Below, piece after piece: positions 21,090 to 32,094 of a stretch of 64,000 bases of DNA; the stretch's first letter is position 1; each line of letters begins with the position of its first letter. This stretch comes from Candidatus Latescibacterota bacterium (GTDB lineage Bacteria > Latescibacterota > UBA2968). Below the pieces are notes generated by a model. It was not told the DNA's origin, did not search any database, and saw nothing but the letters and a program-made list of their open reading frames with translations. The translations under genes were made by a program, and so were the position numbers. The stretch is taken from assembly GCA_965204375.1 (NCBI GenBank), contig OZ241986.1, positions 4,256,001-4,320,000 on the forward strand, written 5' to 3'.

Positions 21090-21168
21090 AAGGATGGACA
21101 GGATAACATCAAAATCAAAGGCAAAAGCAAAACCACTGGGTCGCGGCTTACATCCTGCCGCGATGACG
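21069..21168. repeat. Composite intergenic repeat
   Basis: GAATCAGGATTTGCAGGATGAAAGGATGGACAGGAT ... GGGTCGCGGC..GCCGCGATGAC. Confidence 0.85.
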
Positions 21169-21312
21169 GCACAATTATATTGTACGGCACTTGACGCAGC
21201 GACTGATTTACTATATAGATACAATCAATTGGAATCGGCGCGGTGGCGACAAAGTTACCGCGCCAGATACCGCACAATATCGGGCTAACCCCAAAACGAA
21301 GGAGGTGCGATC

Positions 21313-22611
21313 GTGAAACTGAAATCAGTCACAATTGAAAATTATCGCGCCATAGAAAACCTCGAGCTATTTCTTGACCGAAAGCTAACCGTGTTGCACG
21401 GCGCCAATGGACACGGCAAAACAAGTGTTCTGAGCGCGATTGCGGTAGGCCTAGGAGCGGTTGAGATTCTGGGACCTCATCTCCATAAATCGAATATTGA
21501 TTTCAGCGAGGAGGATTGGCGCGAGGGCGCGGGATCTCCGCAGATAGTCGCTGAGTCAGTCGCTGAGTCAAAATATGAGTTCATAGGGAAAAGACACGGT
21601 GATGAGCATTTGGACAATTATAGGATGGATGTCCTGGAGCACTCGCATGCAAAATTAGACAACCACTTCCGCAGTACGCCTGAGGACGATATGCCGATAG
21701 TCGCCTTCTATGGTACCGAGCGCAGGGTCTCCGGTGTACCGGAGTGGGTAATATCGCAACCTGGTTCCCGGTTCAGATCCTCTCGGCTTGACGCACTGGA
21801 AGGTGCCCTTGCCGCTCGCACGGACTTCGAGGGGTTTCTGGCATGGTTTTATTTTAAGAGATACGAAGAACTTCAAGAACGGGATGATCGGGAGAATTCC
21901 GATTATCAACTCAAAGATGTATCAGTGATTCGTGACGTAATCTCGTCCCTGCTCCCGGAAATATCCAATCCACGTATCGAGTTAAATCCACTCCGCTTTG
22001 TAGTATCTCAGAAATCCGAGGAAGGCCGAATAGAGAAACTCTCCCTCAATCAATTGAGCGGTGGCTATCGCATCGTGCTCGCACTCGCGGCGGATCTGGC
22101 ACGGCGCATGGCACAGGGCAACCCGCACATGGACGACCCGCTCCAATCCGAAGCCATCGTCCTCATTGACGAAATCGAACTCCACCTGCATCCGGCGTGG
22201 CAGCAGCGCATCCTCACCGACCTCATGCGGACATTCCCCAACGCGCAATTCATCGTCACCACCCACAGCCCGCAGGTACTGACAACCGTCGAGCCACAAC
22301 GCATTGTAGAACTATACCGAGATGGCGATAACATCGCTGCAGGCGCACCTGCAGGGGCAACTTATGGCGCCGAAGCGGGAGATGTTCTCGCTGCGGTAAT
22401 GCACGTAAGCGAACGGCCTTCTAAGAACGAATTCACAGAAGATTTGGAAAAATACCGACATCTGGTCAGCGAAGGACAAGGCGAAACAACAGAAGCCTTG
22501 AAACTCAGGCGCAAGCTCGAAAAACTCTCGCCCCGCGATTACGCCCTTAACAGGGCCGATCTCGAAATCAAGCGACGCAAGCTATTCAAACAGATGGCCG
22601 AGTCGCAATGA
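21313..22611 (+). CDS. ptuA: PtuA-like ABC/AAA_21 ATPase (Septu / retron-effector type)
   Basis: GANGHGKT, LSGGY, D.ARR....NP, IVLIDEIELHLHP.WQ, FP..QFIVTTHSPQV; SD GAAGGAGG, GTG start. Confidence 0.8.
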   Translation: MKLKSVTIENYRAIENLELFLDRKLTVLHGANGHGKTSVLSAIAVGLGAVEILGPHLHKSNIDFSEEDWREGAGSPQIVAESVAESKYEFIGKRHGDEHLDNYRMDVLEHSHAKLDNHFRSTPEDDMPIVAFYGTERRVSGVPEWVISQPGSRFRSSRLDALEGALAARTDFEGFLAWFYFKRYEELQERDDRENSDYQLKDVSVIRDVISSLLPEISNPRIELNPLRFVVSQKSEEGRIEKLSLNQLSGGYRIVLALAADLARRMAQGNPHMDDPLQSEAIVLIDEIELHLHPAWQQRILTDLMRTFPNAQFIVTTHSPQVLTTVEPQRIVELYRDGDNIAAGAPAGATYGAEAGDVLAAVMHVSERPSKNEFTEDLEKYRHLVSEGQGETTEALKLRRKLEKLSPRDYALNRADLEIKRRKLFKQMAESQ

Positions 22612-23384
22612 AGAAAATTCGAGAATTGAATACAGCTACTTCTGGCCTTGCTGAATATCTCAATTCCGCAGGCACTAATGCGAATTGGAACGTATTCCGC
22701 GACCACAATCAAGGCACATCCTACAAAGAACTCATTGAAAAATTGATAGATGTTCAGCACGGATTGTGTGGCTACTGCGAGATTAATCTCACTGAGACAG
22801 ATCGCCAAATTGAACACGTCATTCCACGAAATGACCCGCAGCAAGGAGCCGCGAGAGAGGTTGATGTCACCAATATGATCGCTTGCTGCAAAGGTGGAAC
22901 ATCGTCCGTGTATGCTCCCTCTGAAAGAAGCAGTGATGAAGACCGATACCGTGAGCCAGTAAAGGACAACATAAGTTGTGGTCAGGCGAAAGGGGATCGC
23001 AATGAGGTGGATTTTTTAGATCCTCGAAAACTATCTGATTTGCCATCGCTTACAAAAGTACTTGTCAATGGTGAGATGGAAGTTGATGAGAAAGCATGCG
23101 CATCAGAAGATATTCCGCCCGCTCGCGTGAGGAAAACCATTGAGATTCTGAACCTCAATGCAAAACGGCTCCGATTGGCGCGAGCGAAACAATGGAACGA
23201 TCTCGAGGAAGAGGCAGAACAACTTGACGGTCTGGACGATCCAGATAAGATGAAAGCCTGGATACGTGACGTGTTGATACCGGATGAGAATGAGCAATTG
23301 ACGCCTTTCTTCACGACGTCCCGATCTTACTTTGGCCCACTCAGCGAATCCATCCTCGCGCAACAACCTCAAACATGGATATAA
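22608..23384 (+). CDS. ptuB: PtuB-like HNH endonuclease (TIGR02646-like)
   Basis: Q.GLCGYCE, IEH..P, N..ACC, SCG..K, L.LN...L...R; ATGA overlap with ATPase. Confidence 0.78.
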   Translation: MKKIRELNTATSGLAEYLNSAGTNANWNVFRDHNQGTSYKELIEKLIDVQHGLCGYCEINLTETDRQIEHVIPRNDPQQGAAREVDVTNMIACCKGGTSSVYAPSERSSDEDRYREPVKDNISCGQAKGDRNEVDFLDPRKLSDLPSLTKVLVNGEMEVDEKACASEDIPPARVRKTIEILNLNAKRLRLARAKQWNDLEEEAEQLDGLDDPDKMKAWIRDVLIPDENEQLTPFFTTSRSYFGPLSESILAQQPQTWI

Positions 23385-23387
23385 ACT

Positions 23388-25757
23388 ATGCCTCCTCGCC
23401 GTTCTTCTCAAAAAAAAACCCCTTCTACACTCACCAACTTCCTATCGCGCCCCTGGGTACCTATTGTATTCTTTGCCCTGCTCACTGCTGGCTATTTCTA
23501 TCACATCCTCATCACGGGCGACGTGATCTACGGCAGCGACACCGGCGCAGAATTTCACAGAGGCAACGAACCCTTTGCAGAAGCCCTGAACAAATTGCCC
23601 CAAAAAAATTGGAGCCGATTCATGGGCGGCACCCCGGAATCAGCCGCGCTGCGTCCGCAATACTATCCCCTCGTCGTCATCGACCTCTTCACCAGTCAAC
23701 ACCGCTATTTTGGCTGGCGTTATATCTTCGCCATGTTCACAGCCGGCTACTTCATGTATCTCTGTACACGCAGCTTTGGCCTCCATCCCCTCGCAGCCCT
23801 TATCGCAGGTGCGGCCTACGCCTCTGCCCCTGCATTCCTCACCTTCTCGCATGCCGGGCACTATGCAAAAATGACCGTCATCGGCCTCTTCCCTCTCATG
23901 TACTGGGCACTCAACCGCGGCATGGACACCCGGCGCATCATCTACTTTTTAATCCTCGGCGGCACCGTCGGCATCGCCATCTACAGCCCGCACCTTCAAA
24001 TGGCCTACTTTGCCCTCTGGGCACTGGGCCTGCTCTTTCTCTACAAACTCTTATGGAACCTGTTCCGTACCCAAAACACAAAAATCGCCCTCTACCAGAC
24101 CCTCCTATCGGCAGGCGCGATCTGCCTGGGCCTCGCCATAGGCGCAGAAGGCGTCATCCCCCAATACTGGAACACAACAACATCGTCAAAACGCGCCGTC
24201 ACCGAACAACAAACCGACGACGGCTATGAATTTGCCTCATCCTGGTCGCTTCACCCCGAAGAAATATTCGCCCTCGTCATCCCCGAATTCGTCGGATTTG
24301 ACACAAACACAACACCCCACAAATACTGGGGACGCAACGCCTTCAAAATCAACTCCGAATACATCGGCATCGTCCCCCTCTTCTTCGCCATTTTCGCCCT
24401 CTCGCGCATACGCAAAAAAACCCACATCGCATTCCTCCTCGCCCTCTTCATACTCGCCGTCGCCTACGCACTCGGACCCCACACCCCCTTGCACAAACTC
24501 CTCTTTCACCTCGTCCCCGGCGTCAACGTACTGCGCGCACCCGGCATGATCGCCTTCCTCTTTGCCTTTGCGCTATGCGCCCTCGGCGCGTATGGCCTCC
24601 ACCGCCTCATAACCGACGACATCACCCCCGAAGTAGGAAAAAAAATCGGCATCGCAGGCGGAATATGCACCGCAATCCTCCTCCTATTTGCCTTTGCCCC
24701 TTCCGCGCTCCTATCCCTCTGGCAAAACATCGTCTGGACGGACATACCCGCCCCCCGCCTCCAAATCGCTCAGAATAATCTCCCCCTCGCGGGACAAGGC
24801 GCATTGCTCGCCGCACTCTTTGTCGGCATACTCACCGTCATCTCGTATCTCCGCGCACAAAACAAACTCAAAATCCACACCTTCTTCCTCATCCTCCTGA
24901 CCATCATCCTCATCGACACCTGGCGCATCGACAAACTATTTCTCAACTACGCCAACCCCAACCGCGTCCTACCAGAAGAGCGCGTCAACGCCGACGCCGT
25001 TGCCTTCCTCAAACGCGACAACAGCCTCTTCCGCGTACTCGCCCTACCCGACCACAACCAGATGCCCCTGCCCGGCATAGACCTCGTAACCGGATTTAAC
25101 GACTTCGCCATCCAGCGTTACGACCACATCCTCAAATCCGATGCACTCTACAACCCCAACCCCGCGATCCGCAACCTCCTCAACACCAGATACATCGTCG
25201 CGCCATCTGAACTGGGTGATCCATATCTCCAAAAAATTGCCGGGCGTCAGGGCCTGCACATCTACCGCAATCCCGGCGCACTACCGTGGTTTTATCTCGC
25301 GCCCCAATACGAAATCATTCCCGATGAAAACCAGATCCTCCAAAAACTGACCGATCCCAACACCAACCCCACACAAACAGCACTACTCGAAGAAAACCCC
25401 GGCATCACCCCCGACCCCAATGCCAGCGAAACAGGCAGCATTGAACGCCTCGAATACAACGAACACCAGGGCCATCTCAAACTCAGCACAACAGCCCCGG
25501 GACCCCGCATCCTCGTCATCTCGCAAAACCACCACCCCAACTGGACTGCCACCGTCAACGGCGAACCCAAACCCCTCATCCGCGCCAACTACCTCTGGAC
25601 CGCAGTCGCACTTGAACCCGGCGAACACATCGTCGAACTCACCTACCGCGACCCCATCGTAGCCACCACGCGATGGATCACACTCGGCGGTATCGCCATC
25701 CTCCTCATCGCAATTCCCCTCTGCATATACAATGAAAAAACCGACAACACCAACTGA
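23388..25757 (+). CDS. YfhO-family GT-C membrane protein
   Basis: Many TMs; FMGGTP; C-terminal LVISQ..HP.W.ATV.G....RANY...AV.L.PGEH.V. Confidence 0.85.
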   Translation: MPPRRSSQKKTPSTLTNFLSRPWVPIVFFALLTAGYFYHILITGDVIYGSDTGAEFHRGNEPFAEALNKLPQKNWSRFMGGTPESAALRPQYYPLVVIDLFTSQHRYFGWRYIFAMFTAGYFMYLCTRSFGLHPLAALIAGAAYASAPAFLTFSHAGHYAKMTVIGLFPLMYWALNRGMDTRRIIYFLILGGTVGIAIYSPHLQMAYFALWALGLLFLYKLLWNLFRTQNTKIALYQTLLSAGAICLGLAIGAEGVIPQYWNTTTSSKRAVTEQQTDDGYEFASSWSLHPEEIFALVIPEFVGFDTNTTPHKYWGRNAFKINSEYIGIVPLFFAIFALSRIRKKTHIAFLLALFILAVAYALGPHTPLHKLLFHLVPGVNVLRAPGMIAFLFAFALCALGAYGLHRLITDDITPEVGKKIGIAGGICTAILLLFAFAPSALLSLWQNIVWTDIPAPRLQIAQNNLPLAGQGALLAALFVGILTVISYLRAQNKLKIHTFFLILLTIILIDTWRIDKLFLNYANPNRVLPEERVNADAVAFLKRDNSLFRVLALPDHNQMPLPGIDLVTGFNDFAIQRYDHILKSDALYNPNPAIRNLLNTRYIVAPSELGDPYLQKIAGRQGLHIYRNPGALPWFYLAPQYEIIPDENQILQKLTDPNTNPTQTALLEENPGITPDPNASETGSIERLEYNEHQGHLKLSTTAPGPRILVISQNHHPNWTATVNGEPKPLIRANYLWTAVALEPGEHIVELTYRDPIVATTRWITLGGIAILLIAIPLCIYNEKTDNTN

Positions 25758-27276
25758 AGCATCCGCCATCCAGCGCATAGCGCACGGCGCAATACAAACC
25801 TTCGGCAGCACCTATCCCGCGCGAATCATCAACTTCGCCGTCCTCCTCCTGCTCTACCAGATCCTCGTCCCCGAAGACTTTGGCGCCATCACAACAGCCT
25901 ATTCCATCCTCGCCCTTGTCATCGCCATCCGCGACCTCGGCTTGCACTACGCTCTCCTGCACGAACACGACAACGTCCATGAACTCGCACCCACGCACTT
26001 TGTACTCAGCATTGGCCTGGGCAGCATCAGCACACTCCTCGCCCTGGGCATCGCCCTCTATTCCGAACACCTGTTTGAACTCACCCGCACATTCAACACC
26101 TACCTCGGCTTTACAGACACCCAAAACTACCCCAAAGTCGCCATAGCCCTGGGCATACTGGGCGCATTCGACCTCTTCCGAACAGCCGCACTCACCGCCG
26201 AAACCCAGCTACAGCGCGACCTCGAATTTGGACGCCTGGCCTTTGCACACGCGGGAGGAACCATCCTCGCAGCCCTCGCCGGCCTCGCCGTTGCCTACCT
26301 CGGATATGGCAAATGGGCACTCATCCTCGGATTCTTCCCATACAGCGTCACCTATATCCTCTTCTATTGCACCGTCGTCTGGCTCCGCCATCCCCCGCCA
26401 ATAAACCAGCTACACACCTTCAACGCGCAAGCCGCGCGGCGTATGATCCGCTACGGTTTATGGTTCTGGATCGGCGGCATACCCAAAATATTCGTTCAAC
26501 ACTACGACAAACTCATCATCAGCCTGTTCTTCACCTTAAACCTGCGCGGCATATACGACGCCGCACACAACTTTGCACAAATACCCACCGGAGCAATCAC
26601 CATGGTCATGGTACGCATCACCGCCACAGTGTACGCGCGCTACCAGAACAACCGCGACCAACTCTCCGCAGCATACCGCCGAACCTCGCGCCTCATCCTC
26701 CGCACCACAGTCCCCATCTCCCTCGTACTCGCGCTTGAAGCCAACCGGTGGATACACATCTTCAAACCCGACTGGGCACCTGCAGCCCCCCTGCTCCAAT
26801 GGCTCATCATCTACTCCCTCTGCCGTCCTATCCTCGACGATGTACACGCCCTATTCTACAGCGCAGGCAGCCCCAAAAGCATTGCAAAATTCTCTGCGGC
26901 GCAAGCCCTCATCCTCCTCATCCTCGCCCCCTATCTCGCCCATCACATGGGAGCCATAGGCATCGCCATAAGCATGAACGCCATCGCCATCGTCGGCCTC
27001 ATCCTCGCACTCATCCTCGTACGCTCTTATGTCGATATCCCCATCGCCAAAACTTACGCCCCCCCACTCATCGCCGCAGCCATTGGCACCGGCATGCACT
27101 TTGCCAGTGCCGAATGGCTCAACACATTGCCAATACTAATCGGCGTCATCGTCGGCAGCACAATCTTCATCACAGGTTACAGCATCGGCTTACTCATCGT
27201 CGAACGCAAAACACTCATCGGCGAAATCAGAACCGTCATCCGCGCGATCAGATCAGGATCAGGATTCTCAGGATGA
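25732..27276 (+). CDS. wzx: Wzx-type oligosaccharide flippase
   Basis: L.PEDFG, ~12-14 TMs, R.L.F..LA, D.LII....G.Y..A. Confidence 0.85.
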   Translation: MKKPTTPTEASAIQRIAHGAIQTFGSTYPARIINFAVLLLLYQILVPEDFGAITTAYSILALVIAIRDLGLHYALLHEHDNVHELAPTHFVLSIGLGSISTLLALGIALYSEHLFELTRTFNTYLGFTDTQNYPKVAIALGILGAFDLFRTAALTAETQLQRDLEFGRLAFAHAGGTILAALAGLAVAYLGYGKWALILGFFPYSVTYILFYCTVVWLRHPPPINQLHTFNAQAARRMIRYGLWFWIGGIPKIFVQHYDKLIISLFFTLNLRGIYDAAHNFAQIPTGAITMVMVRITATVYARYQNNRDQLSAAYRRTSRLILRTTVPISLVLALEANRWIHIFKPDWAPAAPLLQWLIIYSLCRPILDDVHALFYSAGSPKSIAKFSAAQALILLILAPYLAHHMGAIGIAISMNAIAIVGLILALILVRSYVDIPIAKTYAPPLIAAAIGTGMHFASAEWLNTLPILIGVIVGSTIFITGYSIGLLIVERKTLIGEIRTVIRAIRSGSGFSG

Positions 27277-27452
27277 AAAACTGTCTGAATCAGGATTTAC
27301 AGGATTATAGGATGGACAGGATAACATCAAAATCAAAAGAGAACACGGATTAAACGGATGAAAGGATGGACACAGATTAAAGGCAAAACCTCTGGGTCGC
27401 GGCTCAACACCATAGCCTGCCCCTGTATGCTTTAAGCAGGGGCCGCGATGAC
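27254..27452. repeat. Composite intergenic repeat
   Basis: AGGATG modules, GGGTCGCGGCTCAA..CCGCGATGAC with inserted GCCTGCCCCTG..CAGGGG hairpin. Confidence 0.85.
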
Positions 27453-27531
27453 GGCTCTATCCTTAATTGCATTGACATTTACACCTATTTCAATTATTAT
27501 TCTAAAAATAATAATTACTGAAATAATAATA

Positions 27532-28938
27532 ATGGAATTCTACGACCGAGAAACAGAACTCGTACTCCTTCAAGACCTCACCGAAAGATCGGCGCAATAT
27601 TCTCAATTCACCGCGATCTTTGGGCGACGTCGCATAGGAAAAACAGAACTCGTGCGTCAGCATCTCCAGAATCGCGGCATCTATTTCTTTGTCGAAAAAC
27701 GCCCCTCAAATGCCCTCCTCGCCGAATTCTCCGCCACCCTCAAATCGCACATTCCCCACGCGCCCGCATTTACAGACTGGAAAGACTTTCTCATCTTCCT
27801 CTTTGCCGAAACCCAGCACCGACAAATGATCGTCGTCTTCGATGAATTTCAAAACTTTCTCACCATCGAACCCGCCCTCTACTCCATCCTCCAGGGCGTA
27901 TGGGACACCTATCACAAACCATCCAGAATCCATCTCATCGCCATAGGTTCTGTCGTCGGCCTGATGAAAAAAGTCTTCCAGGACGCCAAAGAACCCCTCT
28001 ACGGTCGCCTCACCCGGGAAATAGACCTCAGCCCTTTACCCATCGAAGCCATCTATCAAATCGCCACAGACCTCGGCTTTCAATCGCCCACAGACATCCT
28101 GACCCTCTACGGCATCTTTGGCGGCATGCCCCGGTACTACGAAATCATGGATAGCATGGGCCTGGGCGGCAGCACCATCCCCCACATACTCCATCGTGCG
28201 CTATTCACCCCCTTTGCCCCCTTTCGCAACGAAATGCGCGACATCATCCTCTCTGAATTTGGAAACACGGCACACACCTATCTCGCAATCCTCGAAGCCA
28301 TCGCCACGGGCAAAACCCGCCGATCTGAAATCGCAGGTCCCGTTGGCCTGCCAGCCACGAGCCTGTCCAAATACCTGCGCGAATTATCCGACCTGTTCGA
28401 CCTCATTGAACGCGAAGTACCCATCACCGAGCAATCCTGGAAAACAAAAAAAAGCCGCTATAAAATCCGCGACCCCTTTATCACATTCTGGATGCGATTC
28501 ATCTACCGGCAATTGAGCATCTACGAATCGGGCAATTTCCCGTATTTTCTCAATCGCCTCGACACTTACGTATCGGAATTCATGGGCTTTGCCTTTGAAA
28601 ACATCACGCGAGAACTCTTAATCCAACGCAACCACCACAACCGCACGCCCTTCTACTTTCACAGAATCGGACGCTGGTGGGACAGACAAAGCGAAATAGA
28701 CCTCGTCGCCCTCAACCCCGAAACCCGGCAAACCCTCTTTGTCGAATGCAAATGGACATCCACTCCCGTAGGCACAGACGTCCTGCAAACCCTCAAACAC
28801 CGCGCACAAAAGCTCCCAACCTCAGACGCTTTCTACCTCATCGCCTCAAAATCCGGATTTACCGACACCCTCAAAAATCTCCGCGACCCGCACCTTCACC
28901 TCTGGGACCCGAACGACATCACGACATTTTTGATTTAG
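27532..28938 (+). CDS. Archaeal-type ATPase with DUF234 restriction-fold C-terminus
   Basis: [35 protein letters not shown]....F.ECKW; start at MEFYDRE. Confidence 0.9.
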   Translation: MEFYDRETELVLLQDLTERSAQYSQFTAIFGRRRIGKTELVRQHLQNRGIYFFVEKRPSNALLAEFSATLKSHIPHAPAFTDWKDFLIFLFAETQHRQMIVVFDEFQNFLTIEPALYSILQGVWDTYHKPSRIHLIAIGSVVGLMKKVFQDAKEPLYGRLTREIDLSPLPIEAIYQIATDLGFQSPTDILTLYGIFGGMPRYYEIMDSMGLGGSTIPHILHRALFTPFAPFRNEMRDIILSEFGNTAHTYLAILEAIATGKTRRSEIAGPVGLPATSLSKYLRELSDLFDLIEREVPITEQSWKTKKSRYKIRDPFITFWMRFIYRQLSIYESGNFPYFLNRLDTYVSEFMGFAFENITRELLIQRNHHNRTPFYFHRIGRWWDRQSEIDLVALNPETRQTLFVECKWTSTPVGTDVLQTLKHRAQKLPTSDAFYLIASKSGFTDTLKNLRDPHLHLWDPNDITTFLI

Positions 28939-29018
28939 AATTTGACCTTTCCCCATCAAAACCCTATGTTTTTCCCCAATCTTATTTTTTTGCCAAATCA
29001 CGGACTAAAAGCGCATCC

Positions 29019-30068
29019 ATGAAAACCCTTCTCGTCACTGGATCCTCGGGCCTCATAGGCTCGGAAGTCTGCATCTATTTTGCCGAACAGGGATATATCG
29101 TCCACGGCATAGACAACAACCAGCGCGCCGTCTTTTTTGGTCCCCAGGGAGACACGCGCTGGAATCAAAAGCGTCTGGAAAATGTCACAAAACACTTCCA
29201 CCACCACGAAATAGACATCCGCGACCGCACGGGCATCTGCGAACTCCTGTCCCAAATAAAACCCAACACCATCATACACGCAGCCGCCCAACCCTCACAC
29301 GACCTCGCCGCGCGCATCCCCTTCGACGACTTTGACACCAACGCCGTCGGCACGCTCAACCTCCTCGAAGCCGCGCGTCAAACCTGTCCTGAATCCCCCT
29401 TCATCCACATGTCCACCAACAAAGTCTATGGCGATGCCCCCAACCACATTCCCTTAAAAGAACTGGACACCCGCTGGGATTACGACGACCCCGCGTACAA
29501 ACACGGCATCCCTGAAACATTTACCATAGACCAGTCCAAACACTCGCTCTTTGGCGCATCCAAAGTCGCCGCCGATATCATAGTACAGGAATACGGGCGT
29601 TATTTCAACATGCCCACCTGTTGCCTGCGCGGCGGATGCCTCACCGGACCCAATCACAGCGGCGTTGAACTACACGGCTTCTTGAGCTACCTAATCAAAT
29701 GCAACATGGAAGGCCGCACATACACCATCTTCGGTTACAAAGGCAAACAGGTACGCGACAATATTCACGCCCTCGACGTCGCCCGATTCATGTGGGCCTT
29801 TGTCCAATCCCCCCGATGCGGCGAAGTCTATAACCTCGGCGGCGGAAAAAACAACAGTTGTTCCATCCTCGAAGCCTTTGACCTCGTCGCCCGGTATTCC
29901 GGCAAAAAAATGCAATACACCTATACCGACCAGAACCGCGAAGGCGACCATATATGCTATTACAGCGACCTTCGCAAAATGAAATCGCACTACCCCAACT
30001 GGGACATCACAAAAACACTCGAAGACACCTTTGCCGAAATAGTCGCAAGCTGGCAGAAGCGGCTATAG
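29019..30068 (+). CDS. NAD-dependent epimerase (CDP-paratose 2-epimerase/RfbE-like)
   Basis: [38 protein letters not shown]. Confidence 0.85.
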   Translation: MKTLLVTGSSGLIGSEVCIYFAEQGYIVHGIDNNQRAVFFGPQGDTRWNQKRLENVTKHFHHHEIDIRDRTGICELLSQIKPNTIIHAAAQPSHDLAARIPFDDFDTNAVGTLNLLEAARQTCPESPFIHMSTNKVYGDAPNHIPLKELDTRWDYDDPAYKHGIPETFTIDQSKHSLFGASKVAADIIVQEYGRYFNMPTCCLRGGCLTGPNHSGVELHGFLSYLIKCNMEGRTYTIFGYKGKQVRDNIHALDVARFMWAFVQSPRCGEVYNLGGGKNNSCSILEAFDLVARYSGKKMQYTYTDQNREGDHICYYSDLRKMKSHYPNWDITKTLEDTFAEIVASWQKRL

Positions 30069-30115
30069 TCACCCGCAACACGACTTTATTGATACAAAAA
30101 AACCAATCACGCGCT

Positions 30116-30952
30116 CTATTTCTCACGCCATCGGTTCAGGCAATGCAATAGCTCCGCAGTCCAGCGCGTTGTCCCGTGATGTCCCCAACCATAATGCTTG
30201 CGGGCAAACTGCCGCAAGCCCTGGCGTGTCCGACGCTTGCGATAACGCTGGGGAACGGGCGCCTTGTTGCGATAGTGGATGATCGACGCGCCTGGGAAAT
30301 AACAAACCCGCGACCCAGATGCCCACACGCGATAGCACAGTTCCACGTCTTCGTAATACATAAAAATATCGGGATCAAATCCCGATAACTGCTCAAACAG
30401 ATCGCGGCGAATACACAAATAAGCACCTGTCACCCAACCGACCTCGCGCTGCTTTTCGTAATCATAGTAGTGATGCGATAGGTGTTCTAATCGTCTGCAA
30501 AGTGATGGAAAGCTTACCAGAACCCGGTCTAAAATCAGGCTTAAAAGCGTCGGCCATGTTCCCGCCGAAAGTTCCTCCTGGCCCTCCCCATCGCAAATGC
30601 GCCCACCGGCCGCACCGTACTGAGGATGCCGGTCCATAAAGAGCAGAAGTTCGGCCAATGCGCCGTCTGTCACGCGCGTATCGGGGTTGAGAAAGAGCAA
30701 GGTCGGAGCCGTGCTTTGAGCCGCGCCGAGGTTATTACCGCGTCCAAAACCGAGATTCTCTTTTGAAGCAATAAGCGTACAGCCGGGAAAGTCGCGCTGC
30801 ACCATGTCAATCGAACCATCGGTTGACGCACTGTCAACCACAATGATTTCCACTTCCTCGACCATATCCTGGGCATATAACGAATGCAGGCACTGAGAGA
30901 GCCAGTCCCGGGTATTGTAGTTGACGATGACAATTGCCAGCCGCGCACTCAT
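30116..30952 (-). CDS. Glycosyltransferase family 2 (WbbL-like)
   Basis: IVNYN, VD.AS.DG, N.GF...NN, LNPD, FMY.ED.E.C. Confidence 0.92.
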   Translation of the reverse strand: MSARLAIVIVNYNTRDWLSQCLHSLYAQDMVEEVEIIVVDSASTDGSIDMVQRDFPGCTLIASKENLGFGRGNNLGAAQSTAPTLLFLNPDTRVTDGALAELLLFMDRHPQYGAAGGRICDGEGQEELSAGTWPTLLSLILDRVLVSFPSLCRRLEHLSHHYYDYEKQREVGWVTGAYLCIRRDLFEQLSGFDPDIFMYYEDVELCYRVWASGSRVCYFPGASIIHYRNKAPVPQRYRKRRTRQGLRQFARKHYGWGHHGTTRWTAELLHCLNRWREK

Positions 30953-31100
30953 GTTGCCACTCCCCAGTGACCAATAACAGGCTCCAAAAGGTAGCCATCA
31001 GGTCAAAAAATTTACTGCGAAATTGCGATAGCGTATTTTATTTTTTATTCAGACATCTTTAAAAAAATAACAAAAAACAAATAAAACGGAGAGCTTTATT

Positions 31101-32060
31101 ATGAAAATCCAGGTCTATGCCGCTCACGAAGGCGTACAGGAAAGTTTGTTTCGCGAATGGGTTGCACGCGGTCATGAAGTCTATCTCACCGAAGGCTTTG
31201 GACAATGGGAGGAAAAACAGGCTGCGGTGCCCGAAGGCGTCAAACGCGAATGGCCGAGCAATCCCGATGTCTTATGGGTCGGTTCAACGCAAGATGTGGG
31301 ATCTGCCTTTTTGTACAAATGGAAAAAACTCCGCCCGGGTATTCCCATCGTGCTCACCCACTGGTGGGTACCATCAATTAAGCGATTTGCGGGAACCGTG
31401 TACAAATTCGCACATCAAATCAGCGTGTGCGAATGGGGCCGCGAATATCTCCTGAAACACCATAACATGGACTCCGCAGTCATGTATTGCCCCGTAGATC
31501 CAGACATCTTCACCTTAAGAGAAGAAGACCCCGACCCCAAGCGCGTCCTGTGCGTGGGCAATCGCTTTGCATCGCGCGACATCATGGGCTGGGAATACCT
31601 GGAACCCATCATACACAAAGTCTATGAACAAGATCCCGAAGTACACTTCGAATTCTTAGGCATCAATCCCGAAATCGACCCCAACAACTATCCCAATGTC
31701 TCCAAACGCGCCGTCCTTCAAAACGAAATGCCCGACTACCAGGCCAGAGCGCGGTGCGTTGTAATCAGCACCACCTTCAACCTCATCCCACATTCGCTAC
31801 TGGGCGCAATGGCATTGGGCCGCAATGTTGTCGCATTTGACCTCCCATCCCTGTGCGAAGTCATCGAACACGGCAAAAGTGGATACCTCATCCCCCGCTA
31901 CGATACCGACGCCTTTGCCAAACAAATACTCCAACTCACCAGCACACCCGTCAATCCAGAAATAGGCCGCAGCGCACGCGAAAACGTATTGGCCAAATGC
32001 GACCATCGGCTCGTGGCATCGCAGTATGAAGAATTTTTTCAAACCTGTGCTGGCCAGTAA
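31101..32060 (+). CDS. Glycosyltransferase family 4-like
   Basis: AMA.G..VVA.D....EVIEHG.SGYL C-terminal motif. Confidence 0.8.
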   Translation: MKIQVYAAHEGVQESLFREWVARGHEVYLTEGFGQWEEKQAAVPEGVKREWPSNPDVLWVGSTQDVGSAFLYKWKKLRPGIPIVLTHWWVPSIKRFAGTVYKFAHQISVCEWGREYLLKHHNMDSAVMYCPVDPDIFTLREEDPDPKRVLCVGNRFASRDIMGWEYLEPIIHKVYEQDPEVHFEFLGINPEIDPNNYPNVSKRAVLQNEMPDYQARARCVVISTTFNLIPHSLLGAMALGRNVVAFDLPSLCEVIEHGKSGYLIPRYDTDAFAKQILQLTSTPVNPEIGRSARENVLAKCDHRLVASQYEEFFQTCAGQ

Positions 32061-32094
32061 AGTTGCAAAATAAACGTCCTGAAAGAATTACATT

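Noticed and set aside
21090-23384. Complete retron
   Set aside because: No RT (no YADD/VTG motifs) and no convincing msr-msd
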